DNA of 64,000 nucleotides from an uncultured Gemmatimonadales bacterium (GTDB taxonomy: Bacteria > Gemmatimonadota > Gemmatimonadetes > Longimicrobiales > RSA9), in contig CAWCRS010000008.1 of NCBI GenBank assembly GCA_963798085.1, positions 59,058 through 123,057 on the forward strand. The letters are read 5' to 3'. This document shows, one piece after another, positions 18,861 through 27,730 of the stretch (position 1 is the stretch's first letter; every line of letters starts with the position of its first letter). The position numbers and the translations under genes were made by a program. Under the pieces are notes generated by a model, which saw nothing but the letters and a program-made list of their open reading frames with translations, was not told where the DNA came from and ran no database searches.

Positions 18861-19305
18861 CGCAGATCGGGCAGGGTCCCAGTTGCGGGTCCTTGCCGAA
18901 GCGGACCGTGACGGGGCCGAGTGCGACGACGCTCTTCTGAACCGTGTCGTTCACAGCCACCGTCACGGTTGCCGTCGCGCCCTGTACGACGCCCGCGATC
19001 TGCGCGGGCAGCGGTGGGCCGATGGCGACGGGATAGGCGTGCAGCACGTAGCTGCCGGTGACGGCGAAGCGGCCGTTCTCGTCCAGTTCGATCGGGCCCG
19101 GGAAATTGCCGTAGGTGCAGCCGATGTGCACGTGTGCCAGCGTGTCGTCCACGATCATGCCGGCATTCTCGCCGCCCCAGGTACCCACCGAGAGCCGATC
19201 CGAAGAAGGCGGCAGGATGTCGTTCTTCGCGCAGGTCGCGAGCAGCGCACAGCCGATTACGCCTGACACGCGACGCAGCACGCGGACCATCGATTGGTTC
19301 TCCAT
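18799..19305 (-). CDS. hypothetical lipoprotein
   Basis: Inner start MENQSMVRVLRRVSGVIGCALLATCAK (lipobox LLATC). The rest of ORF 18799..20145 lies antisense to the M1 peptidase gene and is discounted. Confidence 0.5.
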   Translation of the reverse strand: MENQSMVRVLRRVSGVIGCALLATCAKNDILPPSSDRLSVGTWGGENAGMIVDDTLAHVHIGCTYGNFPGPIELDENGRFAVTGSYVLHAYPVAIGPPLPAQIAGVVQGATATVTVAVNDTVQKSVVALGPVTVRFGKDPQLGPCPICVKPPALPARPRSSSSQPARQ

Positions 19306-19497
19306 CCTCGCTCGCCTCCGTTGTCTCCCTGCATCAGAACGCTCACCGGGCTCTACTCCTAACGCACCCCGGCGGGACCCCGGTTTGTGCCACCCGCGCG
19401 AAAGCCGCATAATCCAGCCGTGTCTGCTTCGGGGTGCGCCCGCACGATCCCTCGTGGCACGCGGTGGCACCCGTTTCCATTCCGCCGAGGAGGCCGT

Positions 19498-21408
19498 GTG
19501 CGCACCGCCGTTTCCCGAGCCCTGCTGTTCGCTCTGTTCGCCGCCCTGCCCGTGCGTGGCGCACACGCCCAGACCGTGGCGGATACATCGCGCTTCCGCG
19601 CGCTGAATCTGTTTCCCTCGCCTGGTCCGTTCCGCACCGGGTCGGGCCGGCCGGGCAGCGCGTACTGGCAGCAGCGTGTGGATTACCGCATCGATGCCAC
19701 GCTGGATCCGCAGAAGAATACACTGACCGGTCGCGAAACCATTCGTTATCACAACAATTCGCCCGACACGCTGCACTATCTGTGGCTGTACCTCGAGCAG
19801 AATATCTGCGCGCCCGAATCCATCACCAACACGCTGAACCAGCCGCCGCTCGTCTTCCAGGACGCGGTCTTCGACTTCTCCTGCAAGGGTTTCAAGGGTG
19901 GCGTCACCCTGACTTCGCTGCAGAGCAATGACGCCAACGTGCCGCGCGAGATCTACGGCACCACCATGAAGCTGCTGCTGCCGCGCGCATTGCCGCCGGC
20001 GGGCGAGTTGACCCTCAATGTCGCCTGGAGCTTTGCCGTGCCCGAGTACGGCGCCGGCCGCATGGGCCGCGATGGCCCGCTCTACGAAATCGCCCAGTGG
20101 TATCCCCGCCTGGCTGTGTACGATGACGTCACCGGCTGGAACCACGAGCCCTACATTGGCTCGGGCGAATTCTATCTCGAGTATGGCAGCTTCAATGTCG
20201 CGTTGACCGTGCCCGCCAGCTATATCGTCGCCGCTACCGGCACCCTGCAGAATCCGGAACAGGTGCTGACCGCCACCCAGCGCGAGCGCCTCACCCGCGC
20301 ACGCCAGTCGGAAACGCCCGTCGCCATCATTGGCGCCGATGAAGTCGGCAAGCCGTCAACCCGCCCGACTTCCAGCGGTACGCTGACATGGCGCTTCCAC
20401 GCGGACAGTGTGCGTGATGTCGCGTTCGCGGCAACGCCCACTGCACGCTGGGATGCGGTGGGCTACGACGGCATCCTCATCGAAACCGTGTATCGCCCCA
20501 GCGCGGACAAATGGCCCGAGGCCATTCGCATGGCGAGGCAGGTGATCAAGCATTACAGCGAGCAGTGGTTCCACTATCCATACTCGCACGCCACCACGGT
20601 CGAAGGGCCGATCGAAGGCATGGAGTATCCCATGCTCACGTTCGTGCCCAATGGCCCGTCGCGCGAGGAAACCTACTGGACCCTGGCACACGAATTCGGT
20701 CACGAGTGGTTTCCCATGATCGTCGGTTCCAATGAACGGCTCTATCCGTGGATGGACGAAGGCTTCAACACCTTCATCGACATTCAGGTCACGCAGGAGT
20801 ACTTCGCAGGCCAGGCATTCGGTGACACGGTCGCGAACATCCCGCTGCACCTCTACGCTGCGCACGCCGTGCCGGGCGAAGAACAGGCACTGATGACGAA
20901 GCCGGTCGAGTCCCACGACCTGTTCTGGACCGGTTATCGCAAACCATCCCTGATGCTGCACCTGCTGCGCTACGAAGTGCTGGGGCGGGATCGCTTCGAC
21001 GCAGCGTTCCGCGACTACATCCGAACCTGGGCGTTCCGCCATCCCACACCGGCGGACTTCATGCGCCTGATGCGCGATGCCTCGGGCATGGAACTGGACT
21101 GGTTCTGGCGAGGCTGGCTCTTCACCACGGCACGGCTGGATCAGGCGGTGGATTCCATTGCGCCGCGACAGGGCGGCGGCAGCAACGTCTTCCTCTCCAA
21201 CCGCGCCACCATGGTGATGCCGGCCGAGTTGAAGCTCAACTTCGCCGATGGCAGCACGCAGACCGTGCGTCTGCCCGTCGAAATGTGGAACCTGGGACCG
21301 AACTTCCTGTACCGCGTGCCCGGCACCCGGGAGGTGACAGCGGCCGAGCTGGATCCGCGTCACGTCTATCCGGACATCGATCGCGGCAACAATGCGCGGC
21401 GGCGATGA
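19498..21408 (+). CDS. M1-family zinc metallopeptidase (secreted)
   Basis: GTG at 19498 is preceded by GAGGAGG, with signal peptide ..ALLFALFAALPVRGAHA. Motifs: GMEYPM, HEFGHEWF (HExxH) and WMDEGFNTF (third zinc ligand). Confidence 0.85.
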   Translation: MRTAVSRALLFALFAALPVRGAHAQTVADTSRFRALNLFPSPGPFRTGSGRPGSAYWQQRVDYRIDATLDPQKNTLTGRETIRYHNNSPDTLHYLWLYLEQNICAPESITNTLNQPPLVFQDAVFDFSCKGFKGGVTLTSLQSNDANVPREIYGTTMKLLLPRALPPAGELTLNVAWSFAVPEYGAGRMGRDGPLYEIAQWYPRLAVYDDVTGWNHEPYIGSGEFYLEYGSFNVALTVPASYIVAATGTLQNPEQVLTATQRERLTRARQSETPVAIIGADEVGKPSTRPTSSGTLTWRFHADSVRDVAFAATPTARWDAVGYDGILIETVYRPSADKWPEAIRMARQVIKHYSEQWFHYPYSHATTVEGPIEGMEYPMLTFVPNGPSREETYWTLAHEFGHEWFPMIVGSNERLYPWMDEGFNTFIDIQVTQEYFAGQAFGDTVANIPLHLYAAHAVPGEEQALMTKPVESHDLFWTGYRKPSLMLHLLRYEVLGRDRFDAAFRDYIRTWAFRHPTPADFMRLMRDASGMELDWFWRGWLFTTARLDQAVDSIAPRQGGGSNVFLSNRATMVMPAELKLNFADGSTQTVRLPVEMWNLGPNFLYRVPGTREVTAAELDPRHVYPDIDRGNNARRR

Positions 21409-21520
21409 TGCGAGGCTGTGGTCGTGCCGGGATCAGGCGACGACGGGTCGTCTCCGTTACGCTCACGACGCAAACACCGCGTTGACGGATTTTTTCAGGG
21501 ATTGCACGCAGGCGAGGCGT

Positions 21521-22543
21521 TCAGTGCACGGGGTGAATATTGAGCACCTCACCCGATTCTTCGAGAAGCACCGAGGTGTGGCCGCGGTAGGCTTCGCTGG
21601 GTGAGCGCAGCCACCACTTGCGGATGATCCATGCACCCGTGTCGAGGCGCTGGAAATCCGCGTGGCCGGTATAGTCGCCCGCCAGCATGTTGCGGGGAAT
21701 GTTGCGATACGAGAACTCGAGTGTCTGCAGCTCCGCCGTACGTTCGTCCAGCCAGAGCACGCCCTCGATATCCGTGAGCCTGCGCCCGGGAATCGGGCGG
21801 AAGCTCAGACCAATGAGGCCGGGGTGCTGCGTCTCGCGGGTCAGCGCGAAGCAGTGCGTCGCCTGGAAGCCGCTGGACAGCAGCACGTTCGTGCTGGGCC
21901 CGTACACCCAGAAGTCGCCATTCTCGCGGCGCACATAGCCCTCGCGCGCCAGATCCTCGGGCGGCAGGGTGCTGAAGGGTGCATTGTCGACCTGTGCCGC
22001 GAGGCGCGTCTGTTCGTCCAGCACGCGTTTGCCGTGATCGCCGAGCAGACGGTGCACCTTGCGCACGTCGAAGCGGAACACCGCCTGCGCCCGCGTGATC
22101 GATTCCGCGTTCAACGCTTTCTGCGCTTCTTCCCAGACGACGTGCGTCGCGCGCGCCGCATCGTCGCGCACCGAACAGCGCTTTGCCGAGTTGATGTCCA
22201 GTGCATCCAGCCGGATGGGTTCGAAGGGCAGCGACAGCGTCAGGAACGGCGCATCATCCGCCACCGTGAACGCCTCCGACTGGACGCCTTTCCTGCCGAT
22301 CATCTCGGCCAGCAGCCGATACCGGCCGCGCACCACATCCGTGAATCCGAACAACCCGTCAGGATTCGAGAGCACCGCCCGCTGCCGCGTCCCCTCCGCA
22401 TCCAGCAGCGTGACCACCGCCCCGACCATGGGCGCGCCGTCCGTCGCATCCGTGACTTTCCCGCGCACCGTCTGGGCTGACACGAGCACGGAAGTGCTCA
22501 GGAGAAGCGACAGAGCGAGGCAGGCGCTGCGGGGTGAGCACAT
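21521..22543 (-). CDS. CarboxypepD_reg-like domain protein (secreted)
   Basis: MCSPRSACLALSLLLSTSVLVSAQ signal peptide, then VRGKVTDATDGAPMVGAVVTLLDAEG..NPDGLFGFTDVVRGRYRL. Confidence 0.7.
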   Translation of the reverse strand: MCSPRSACLALSLLLSTSVLVSAQTVRGKVTDATDGAPMVGAVVTLLDAEGTRQRAVLSNPDGLFGFTDVVRGRYRLLAEMIGRKGVQSEAFTVADDAPFLTLSLPFEPIRLDALDINSAKRCSVRDDAARATHVVWEEAQKALNAESITRAQAVFRFDVRKVHRLLGDHGKRVLDEQTRLAAQVDNAPFSTLPPEDLAREGYVRRENGDFWVYGPSTNVLLSSGFQATHCFALTRETQHPGLIGLSFRPIPGRRLTDIEGVLWLDERTAELQTLEFSYRNIPRNMLAGDYTGHADFQRLDTGAWIIRKWWLRSPSEAYRGHTSVLLEESGEVLNIHPVH

Positions 22544-22639
22544 TGGCGTCCGGGGTCCGGGTGGTGAGGGCTGCTCCCAGTCTAAGGCCTGGCCTCCACG
22601 CGCTGCAACCCTCGCGGACAGGCTCACCGCCGAGATCAG

Positions 22640-23088
22640 GAGGTCGCGGAGAACGACATCATTCTCACACAGTGGACACAGGGTCAGACAGAGGGGCGCT
22701 TTGCCTCTGACGGATGCGTGAGTTGCGGATATGTGAGTTGAGGATGCGTGTGGTCTGGTGCGTGATCTGTTGTGGTCCCGAAAGGAGCGCGTTCGGGGCG
22801 GACCTGCAGGATCCAGACTTGAGGAAATCGCAATGCATGCGGGGCAAGGGCGACTTCGAGCGGGCGCGCAGCAACTCCCGGCTCCTCATGGACCGGCATT
22901 CGTATTCACACAAATTTGGCCTGCTCGCACAATGACAATGGGGATGCAGAAATCGGTGCAAATCACAGCTACCACTGCGGCGACAAGGGAAGCAATTTGT
23001 TGCTCGTGACCGGGGCAACCCCTTCAGGAAACGCGCCCCTCCGTCACCCTGTCTCCACTGTGTGAGAATCGTCGTCCTCCGCGACCTC
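22640..23088. repeat. ~450-bp intergenic element bounded by ~42-bp inverted repeats (MITE-like candidate, copy E1)
   Basis: Left arm 22640-22683: GAGGTCGCGGAGAACGACATCATTCTCACACAGTGGACACAGGG. Reverse complement of right arm 23047-23088: GAGGTCGCGGAGGACGACGATTCTCACACAGTGGAGACAGGG. The interior has three 15-bp tandem units (22711-22755) and no convincing ORF. Confidence 0.7.
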
Positions 23089-23190
23089 TTCCCACGACCT
23101 CCTCCCGCCGCGTCCGTCTAGCTGCTCGTTAGGAATGGCCGTGCACCCCCCAGACCCCTCGCCCGCAGCCACCGCGTCCACCCCCCAGGC

Positions 23191-23685
23191 TCAGGCAATG
23201 CTCAGCGTGTCGGTGGATGCATCGTAGGTGGTGGCATAGGACCGCATGTTGGTGGTGCGCTGGCCGCCCTGCCAGGCGCCGGTCAGGCTGAAGCGCGCGC
23301 CGTGGCGGGTGCACATGAAGCCGCTGCCGGCGGTGTTGATGGTACCGCCCTGGTGCGGGCAGATGCGGGACAGCGCCACGAAGCTGGTCTCGCCTGTGCG
23401 CACGATGGCCACGAGCGCGCCGTTCAGATTGACCAGCGCGATGCCGTTCGTGCTGGCGAGTGCGGGATAGTCGGAGACCTTGATCGATGAGCCGATCGAA
23501 GTGGGCGGTGTTCCCAGAGACAGGCCGGTGGAGGTGTCGATGGCGCACGCGGCCAGCGCCAGCAGCGCCGCGGCCAGCGCGCCTTGCGTGAGAAACGCCC
23601 GCCGGTCGAACGATGTCACACCGATTTCTTCGCTGCCACGCGCGCAACCCGCGCACGTCTGACGGCATTCCTGCGACTGCTTCAT
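23191..23685 (-). CDS. Tat-exported Rieske [2Fe-2S] domain protein
   Basis: Twin-arginine signal FDRRAFLTQGALAAALLALAACA. Rieske motifs ICPHQGG (CxH) and MCTRHGARF (CxxH). Confidence 0.8.
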   Translation of the reverse strand: MKQSQECRQTCAGCARGSEEIGVTSFDRRAFLTQGALAAALLALAACAIDTSTGLSLGTPPTSIGSSIKVSDYPALASTNGIALVNLNGALVAIVRTGETSFVALSRICPHQGGTINTAGSGFMCTRHGARFSLTGAWQGGQRTTNMRSYATTYDASTDTLSIA

Positions 23686-23698
23686 ATGCTGCTTCCCT

Positions 23699-24211
23699 TC
23701 ACGACACGTTGGTGAGCACGGTGCCGGCCACGGCAGTGACCAGCCACAGCACGAGACTGAGACGGGCGCGTCGGCCCAGCCGGCGCCACAGTTTTTCGGC
23801 TGGCTCGACGCCGGCCGCGCGTGCCGCCAGCAACCGGGACTCCGTGCGGAACAGGCCGGCGCCGTTGATCAGCAGCAGACCCACCAGTCCCAGCTTGATC
23901 CAGAACAGTGCGGATGTGGCGAAGGTGTTGACGTCCGCGGCTGCCAGCAGGACGCCGCTCGCGACCAGCACGCTCAGCGCCAGCAGCACGGGCCGGTGCA
24001 CGGCGCGCAGCTCCTGCAGCGGATGGGCACGATCACCTGCGGGCAGACGCAGCGTGCGCAGTGTGGTGCGGTCCGCGGCAATGGCCAGGCCGCCGCTCAG
24101 CAGCAGGGCCACAATGTGCAAGGTGGTGACCGTTGCGGACACGGCCGTCGAATCCGAGTACAGTGTCTGCCAGGGTGAGAGCCAGCGGGCCAGCTCGTGC
24201 ACGAGTTGCAT
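23699..24211 (-). CDS. hypothetical integral membrane protein (about 4 TM helices)
   Basis: A 170-aa ORF with four hydrophobic helices. It is tightly spaced between its neighbours (13 bp and 3 bp gaps) in the same orientation. Confidence 0.55.
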   Translation of the reverse strand: MQLVHELARWLSPWQTLYSDSTAVSATVTTLHIVALLLSGGLAIAADRTTLRTLRLPAGDRAHPLQELRAVHRPVLLALSVLVASGVLLAAADVNTFATSALFWIKLGLVGLLLINGAGLFRTESRLLAARAAGVEPAEKLWRRLGRRARLSLVLWLVTAVAGTVLTNVS

Positions 24212-24214
24212 GCT

Positions 24215-24889
24215 TCAGTCCTTCCTCAGCCACATGATCAGCGTGCTCGCCACACTGAGCGACATCGAGCCGATGGCATAGTTGCGGTGGCGGCGGGCGC
24301 CACTGTCCGAGAAGCGCGCGGCGCGCGCCTGCGTGCTCGTGTAGAAGAAGCCGGCATCGGAAGCCAGCATGAGCCCGGCGTGCAGATAACGGCGTGTTCG
24401 GTCGTTCGGGTCCTTGCGGCCCTCCCACAGATTCCACACGCCGGTCACGGTGTTCACGGCGAAGACCGTGCCGATGGCGCCGGCCACCACACGGTGCGCC
24501 GGCTTCACCCAGGTGGGCACGTTGGTGGCGGTGAAGAGCTTCTGGCCCATCAGGTACTCCCCCGCGAACAGCGGCAGGATGGTGTAGCTGCCCACGCGGT
24601 GGATGGTCAGCCGCGTGTAGTACGCATCACTGTATTCGATCAGCCGCGTACGGGGCGTGTCCGCCGGCGGCAGCGTGAGCGGCAGACGCCCCATCGTCGC
24701 CGGCAACACGCTGTTGGCTGATACCGCCGGCGGAACCGAGAGGAATGCGGGCGCCGGCCAGTGCAGTCCCGGCTGCGTCAGCGCAGCCGGCGGGTCCGCT
24801 CCGCCGGCGGGGCTTCCCGCCTGTGCCCGGCCGGGTGCCGGAGCGAGCAGCGGCGCCCCGGCCACCACCAGTAACCACCACCCTCGCAT
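24215..24889 (-). CDS. hypothetical exported/membrane protein
   Basis: MRGWWLLVVAGAPLLAPAPGRAQA signal-like N-terminus (ATG at 24889), with hydrophobic segments in the C-terminal half. Confidence 0.5.
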   Translation of the reverse strand: MRGWWLLVVAGAPLLAPAPGRAQAGSPAGGADPPAALTQPGLHWPAPAFLSVPPAVSANSVLPATMGRLPLTLPPADTPRTRLIEYSDAYYTRLTIHRVGSYTILPLFAGEYLMGQKLFTATNVPTWVKPAHRVVAGAIGTVFAVNTVTGVWNLWEGRKDPNDRTRRYLHAGLMLASDAGFFYTSTQARAARFSDSGARRHRNYAIGSMSLSVASTLIMWLRKD

Positions 24890-24951
24890 CACACCCGGCC
24901 TCCTGTTGCCTGCCACGTCGCGGGTTACCGCTTTAACATCGTGTTACCAGA

Positions 24952-25857
24952 CTACTGGCACGTCAAATGGCCGTGCGGCAGCGCCAGCGTGCAGTTCTTC
25001 GTCACGCCATCCTGCGTGATCACGACCTGCGCCGTGGCCGAGCCGTCGTAGGTGACCACCTCGCGCCGGCTCGAGCTCTTCGGCGACTGCCCCGCGTACG
25101 TGAGCGTGGCCTGCATGGCACGGATCACGGTGCCGGCAATGGGATACGTGTGCATGCCCGGCTGTACCGGGATCACCACGTTCTTCGTCGTGTCGCCCAT
25201 GATGCGCACCGCGGTGAACGCGCCCTGATCATTCGTGCCGCTGGTCGTTTCCGTGCCCGCCAATGTGCCGTTGATCGTGCGCTGCGTGCTGCCCGCCACC
25301 AGACCGGACACGGTGCGATCACTGGTGTGCTGCACCGTGCTCGTGCTGCTGTCATGGCGAGTGGCCGTGCCGCTCACGTCAATGCGCGTGTTGATCGTGT
25401 TGGTGGTGAGACTGTCGAACGCGGACTGCGCATGGCCATTGGCGTCCGTATACGCAGCCGAGCGCGTGATGGTGAGGCCGTGAATCGTCACCGGGTCGCA
25501 CGCCACACGGCCGGACGCGGCGTTGTACGGGCAATTGTTCGAGAGGTGGTCGTCGTCACCGAAGCGGCCGTGATGGAAGCCCGGACCGAAGCCATCGCCC
25601 AGGAAAAGGCCGCCCATGCCGCCACCCATCAGGAAGCCTTCGCCATGGCCGGGCCCTCGCCCGCGCGGCATCCATGCCAGCAGGCCACCATCGGGGCCGC
25701 CGGAGAAACTGTTCAGCGTGTTGTTGTAGCCGAGGAGCACTGAATTGAACGCTTCGGAAAACGCCGCCGTCGGCTCGAGTCCTGTGGGCGTCTCATTGCA
25801 GGCCACTGCGGCCAGCACGACAGCAGCCGCGAGCAGGCGATAGGGCGTGCAATGCAT
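24952..25857 (-). CDS. hypothetical lipoprotein (Gly-rich linker followed by a Thr/Ser-rich beta region)
   Basis: MHCTPYRLLAAAVVLAAVACNE lipobox. It lies directly downstream of the ECF sigma gene on the same strand. Confidence 0.55.
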   Translation of the reverse strand: MHCTPYRLLAAAVVLAAVACNETPTGLEPTAAFSEAFNSVLLGYNNTLNSFSGGPDGGLLAWMPRGRGPGHGEGFLMGGGMGGLFLGDGFGPGFHHGRFGDDDHLSNNCPYNAASGRVACDPVTIHGLTITRSAAYTDANGHAQSAFDSLTTNTINTRIDVSGTATRHDSSTSTVQHTSDRTVSGLVAGSTQRTINGTLAGTETTSGTNDQGAFTAVRIMGDTTKNVVIPVQPGMHTYPIAGTVIRAMQATLTYAGQSPKSSSRREVVTYDGSATAQVVITQDGVTKNCTLALPHGHLTCQ

Positions 25858-25959
25858 CAGGCGACCTCCTGGCAGAGCCGCCCACGCGCACTCGAACCGC
25901 TCGAGTGGGTGGCGGCTTCAGCAGGAAGGACACGTCAGCGCCGGCGGTACCCTGACGCG

Positions 25960-26511
25960 TTACAGGTCGTCAATGTGGGGAAGCCACGGCGCCAGCCGTT
26001 CCCGCACCAGGCGGAGCGCCTTGCCCATCTGCGCTTCTACGGTCTTCACCGAGATTTCCAGCGTTGTCGCGATCTCCGCGTACTTGAGTCCGTGCACACG
26101 ACTGAGTTCGAAGACCTCGCGACAGCGCGCAGGCAGTTCGCGCACGGCGCCACGCAGTGCTTCCTGGATCTCCTGCTGCACAATGCGCGCGTCCGCCGCG
26201 GCCGGCACGTGCGCATCCGGGCCCGCGTGCGGCTCCGCGCGCCGCGCCACTTTCTCGTGACGGATGTGGTTCAGAGCGCGATTGCGCGTCGCGCGAAAGA
26301 GGTAGGCCCGCAGTGATGTTTCGATGGCGACCGTTTCCCGGCGCCGCCACAGCTCGAGCATCACATCCTGCACGACCTCCTCCGCCGCCGCGGAATCGCG
26401 CAGCATGGCGCCGGCCACACCAACCAGGTGTGCGTAGTGCGAACGGAAGATGGAGTCGAAGGCGGCCTCACTGCCCGCGCGCAGCTGATCCAGCAATTCC
26501 CGTTCGGTCAA
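25960..26511 (-). CDS. ECF-type RNA polymerase sigma-70 factor
   Basis: Region 2 (FDSIFRSHYAHLVGVAGAMLRDSAAAEEVVQDVMLELWRRRE) and region 4 (LPARCREVFELSRVHGLKYAEIATTLEISVKTVEAQM). The start is uncertain: TTG at 26511 gives (M)TERELLDQLRAG, while the maximal ORF reaches 26682. Confidence 0.8.
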   Translation of the reverse strand: MTERELLDQLRAGSEAAFDSIFRSHYAHLVGVAGAMLRDSAAAEEVVQDVMLELWRRRETVAIETSLRAYLFRATRNRALNHIRHEKVARRAEPHAGPDAHVPAAADARIVQQEIQEALRGAVRELPARCREVFELSRVHGLKYAEIATTLEISVKTVEAQMGKALRLVRERLAPWLPHIDDL

Positions 26512-26650
26512 TTGCGCGCAGCGTCCGTCGGCAGGGCGAACCGGGGGCGAGGGTCGCGAAATGCTGCTCGAAGCGCGAAGTTTACCCCGGTGCCTGCCGC
26601 CCGACAATCCTTTGCACGCATAGGGGTATGCAACGGCGTGACGTGTCCAC

Positions 26651-27730
26651 ATGGGCATGACGAACGATCCGTCGGCATCCATGGTCCCCGAGGGGGACGA
26701 GCGCTGGGAGGCGCTGGCGCGCTATCTCGCGGGCGAAGCACCGCCCGACGAAGCGCGTGCGCTGGAACAGTGGCTCGCACAGGAGCCGCAGCGCCGCGCA
26801 CTGCTCAATGCCGTGGCCCGCTCGCTCCAGGCTGTCACGTTCGAGACACCTGCGGACCTCGACGTGGAGGCCGCTCTGGCAAGCGTACGCACCCGCATGC
26901 ACGAGCCGCAGGTTCTGCCCTTCGAGCGCCCGGCGCTCTCGCCGGAACGGCGGGTTTCACGCTGGAGTACCATTGGACTGCGCGTGGCGGCGGCCATCCT
27001 GGTGGTTCTGGGTGGCAACATGCTCTGGCACGCACAATGGCGGCGCCCGGGCGTCGGACCAATGGCCCGCTCGATCGAGTCCACCATTGGCCATACGGAT
27101 ACAATCCCGCTGCCTGACGGCAGCCGCGTGCTGCTCTCGCCCGCCAGCCGGCTGCGCATTGCGGCAGGCTACGGCGAGAAGGGGCGCGAGGTTACGCTGG
27201 AAGGGGAAGCACTGTTCGAGGTGGTGCACCGTGCGGACCTGCCCTTCCTGGTGCATGCGGGTCCGGCGACCATCCGCGACCTTGGCACGACGTTCGCCGT
27301 GCGGGTTAACGAGCAGAGCGGCGTACGCGTCAGTGTTACTGCGGGATCGGTCAGGCTGCAGGCCAAGGCGCAGCCGGCCGACAGCGGCGTGATGCTGGCC
27401 GCGGGTGACCGCGGCATTCTGCGCCCCGACGGACGCGCGGAAGCGCAGCGCAGCGGGGTGAAGCCGGAGGACCTGGCCTGGACGCGCGGCCAGCTGATCT
27501 ACGACAATGCGCCGCTCGAGCAGGTCGTCGATGATGTACGCCGCTGGTACGGTGTGCAGCTGCGCTTCAGGGGTGCGGCATTCGAGGGCCGCCACCTGAC
27601 GACGAACCTGACGGGAGAAACGGTACAGGAAGTGCTGAACGTGATCGCGCTGTCCCTGGGCGGCCGCATCGAGAGAAAGGGTGATACGGCGATCGTGAGT
27701 CTGAAGGAATCGGGAGCCGGTATACAATGA
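26651..27730 (+). CDS. FecR-family anti-sigma/transmembrane sensor
   Basis: N-terminal DERWEALARYLAGEAPPDEARALEQWLAQEP, one TM helix (LRVAAAILVVLGG), and a FecR domain plus C-terminal DUF4974-like part. Confidence 0.85.
   Translation: MGMTNDPSASMVPEGDERWEALARYLAGEAPPDEARALEQWLAQEPQRRALLNAVARSLQAVTFETPADLDVEAALASVRTRMHEPQVLPFERPALSPERRVSRWSTIGLRVAAAILVVLGGNMLWHAQWRRPGVGPMARSIESTIGHTDTIPLPDGSRVLLSPASRLRIAAGYGEKGREVTLEGEALFEVVHRADLPFLVHAGPATIRDLGTTFAVRVNEQSGVRVSVTAGSVRLQAKAQPADSGVMLAAGDRGILRPDGRAEAQRSGVKPEDLAWTRGQLIYDNAPLEQVVDDVRRWYGVQLRFRGAAFEGRHLTTNLTGETVQEVLNVIALSLGGRIERKGDTAIVSLKESGAGIQ

Noticed and set aside
22666-22676. The CACAGTG heptamer in the element arms is identical to the V(D)J RSS/Transib-type heptamer.
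   Set aside because: A 7-mer palindrome match is expected by chance. No nonamer sits at 12/23 spacing, and there is no RAG/Transib-like gene. Noted only as a curiosity.
22714-23009. Small ORFs inside the E1 and E2 elements (22714..22935, 22758..23009, 57735..57968, 57851..58441) as possible element-encoded proteins.
   Set aside because: They show no similarity between the two elements, have odd composition (Cys/Arg-rich or Pro-rich), and lack a properly spaced RBS. The one GAAAGGAG in E2 is only 1 nt from its ATG.
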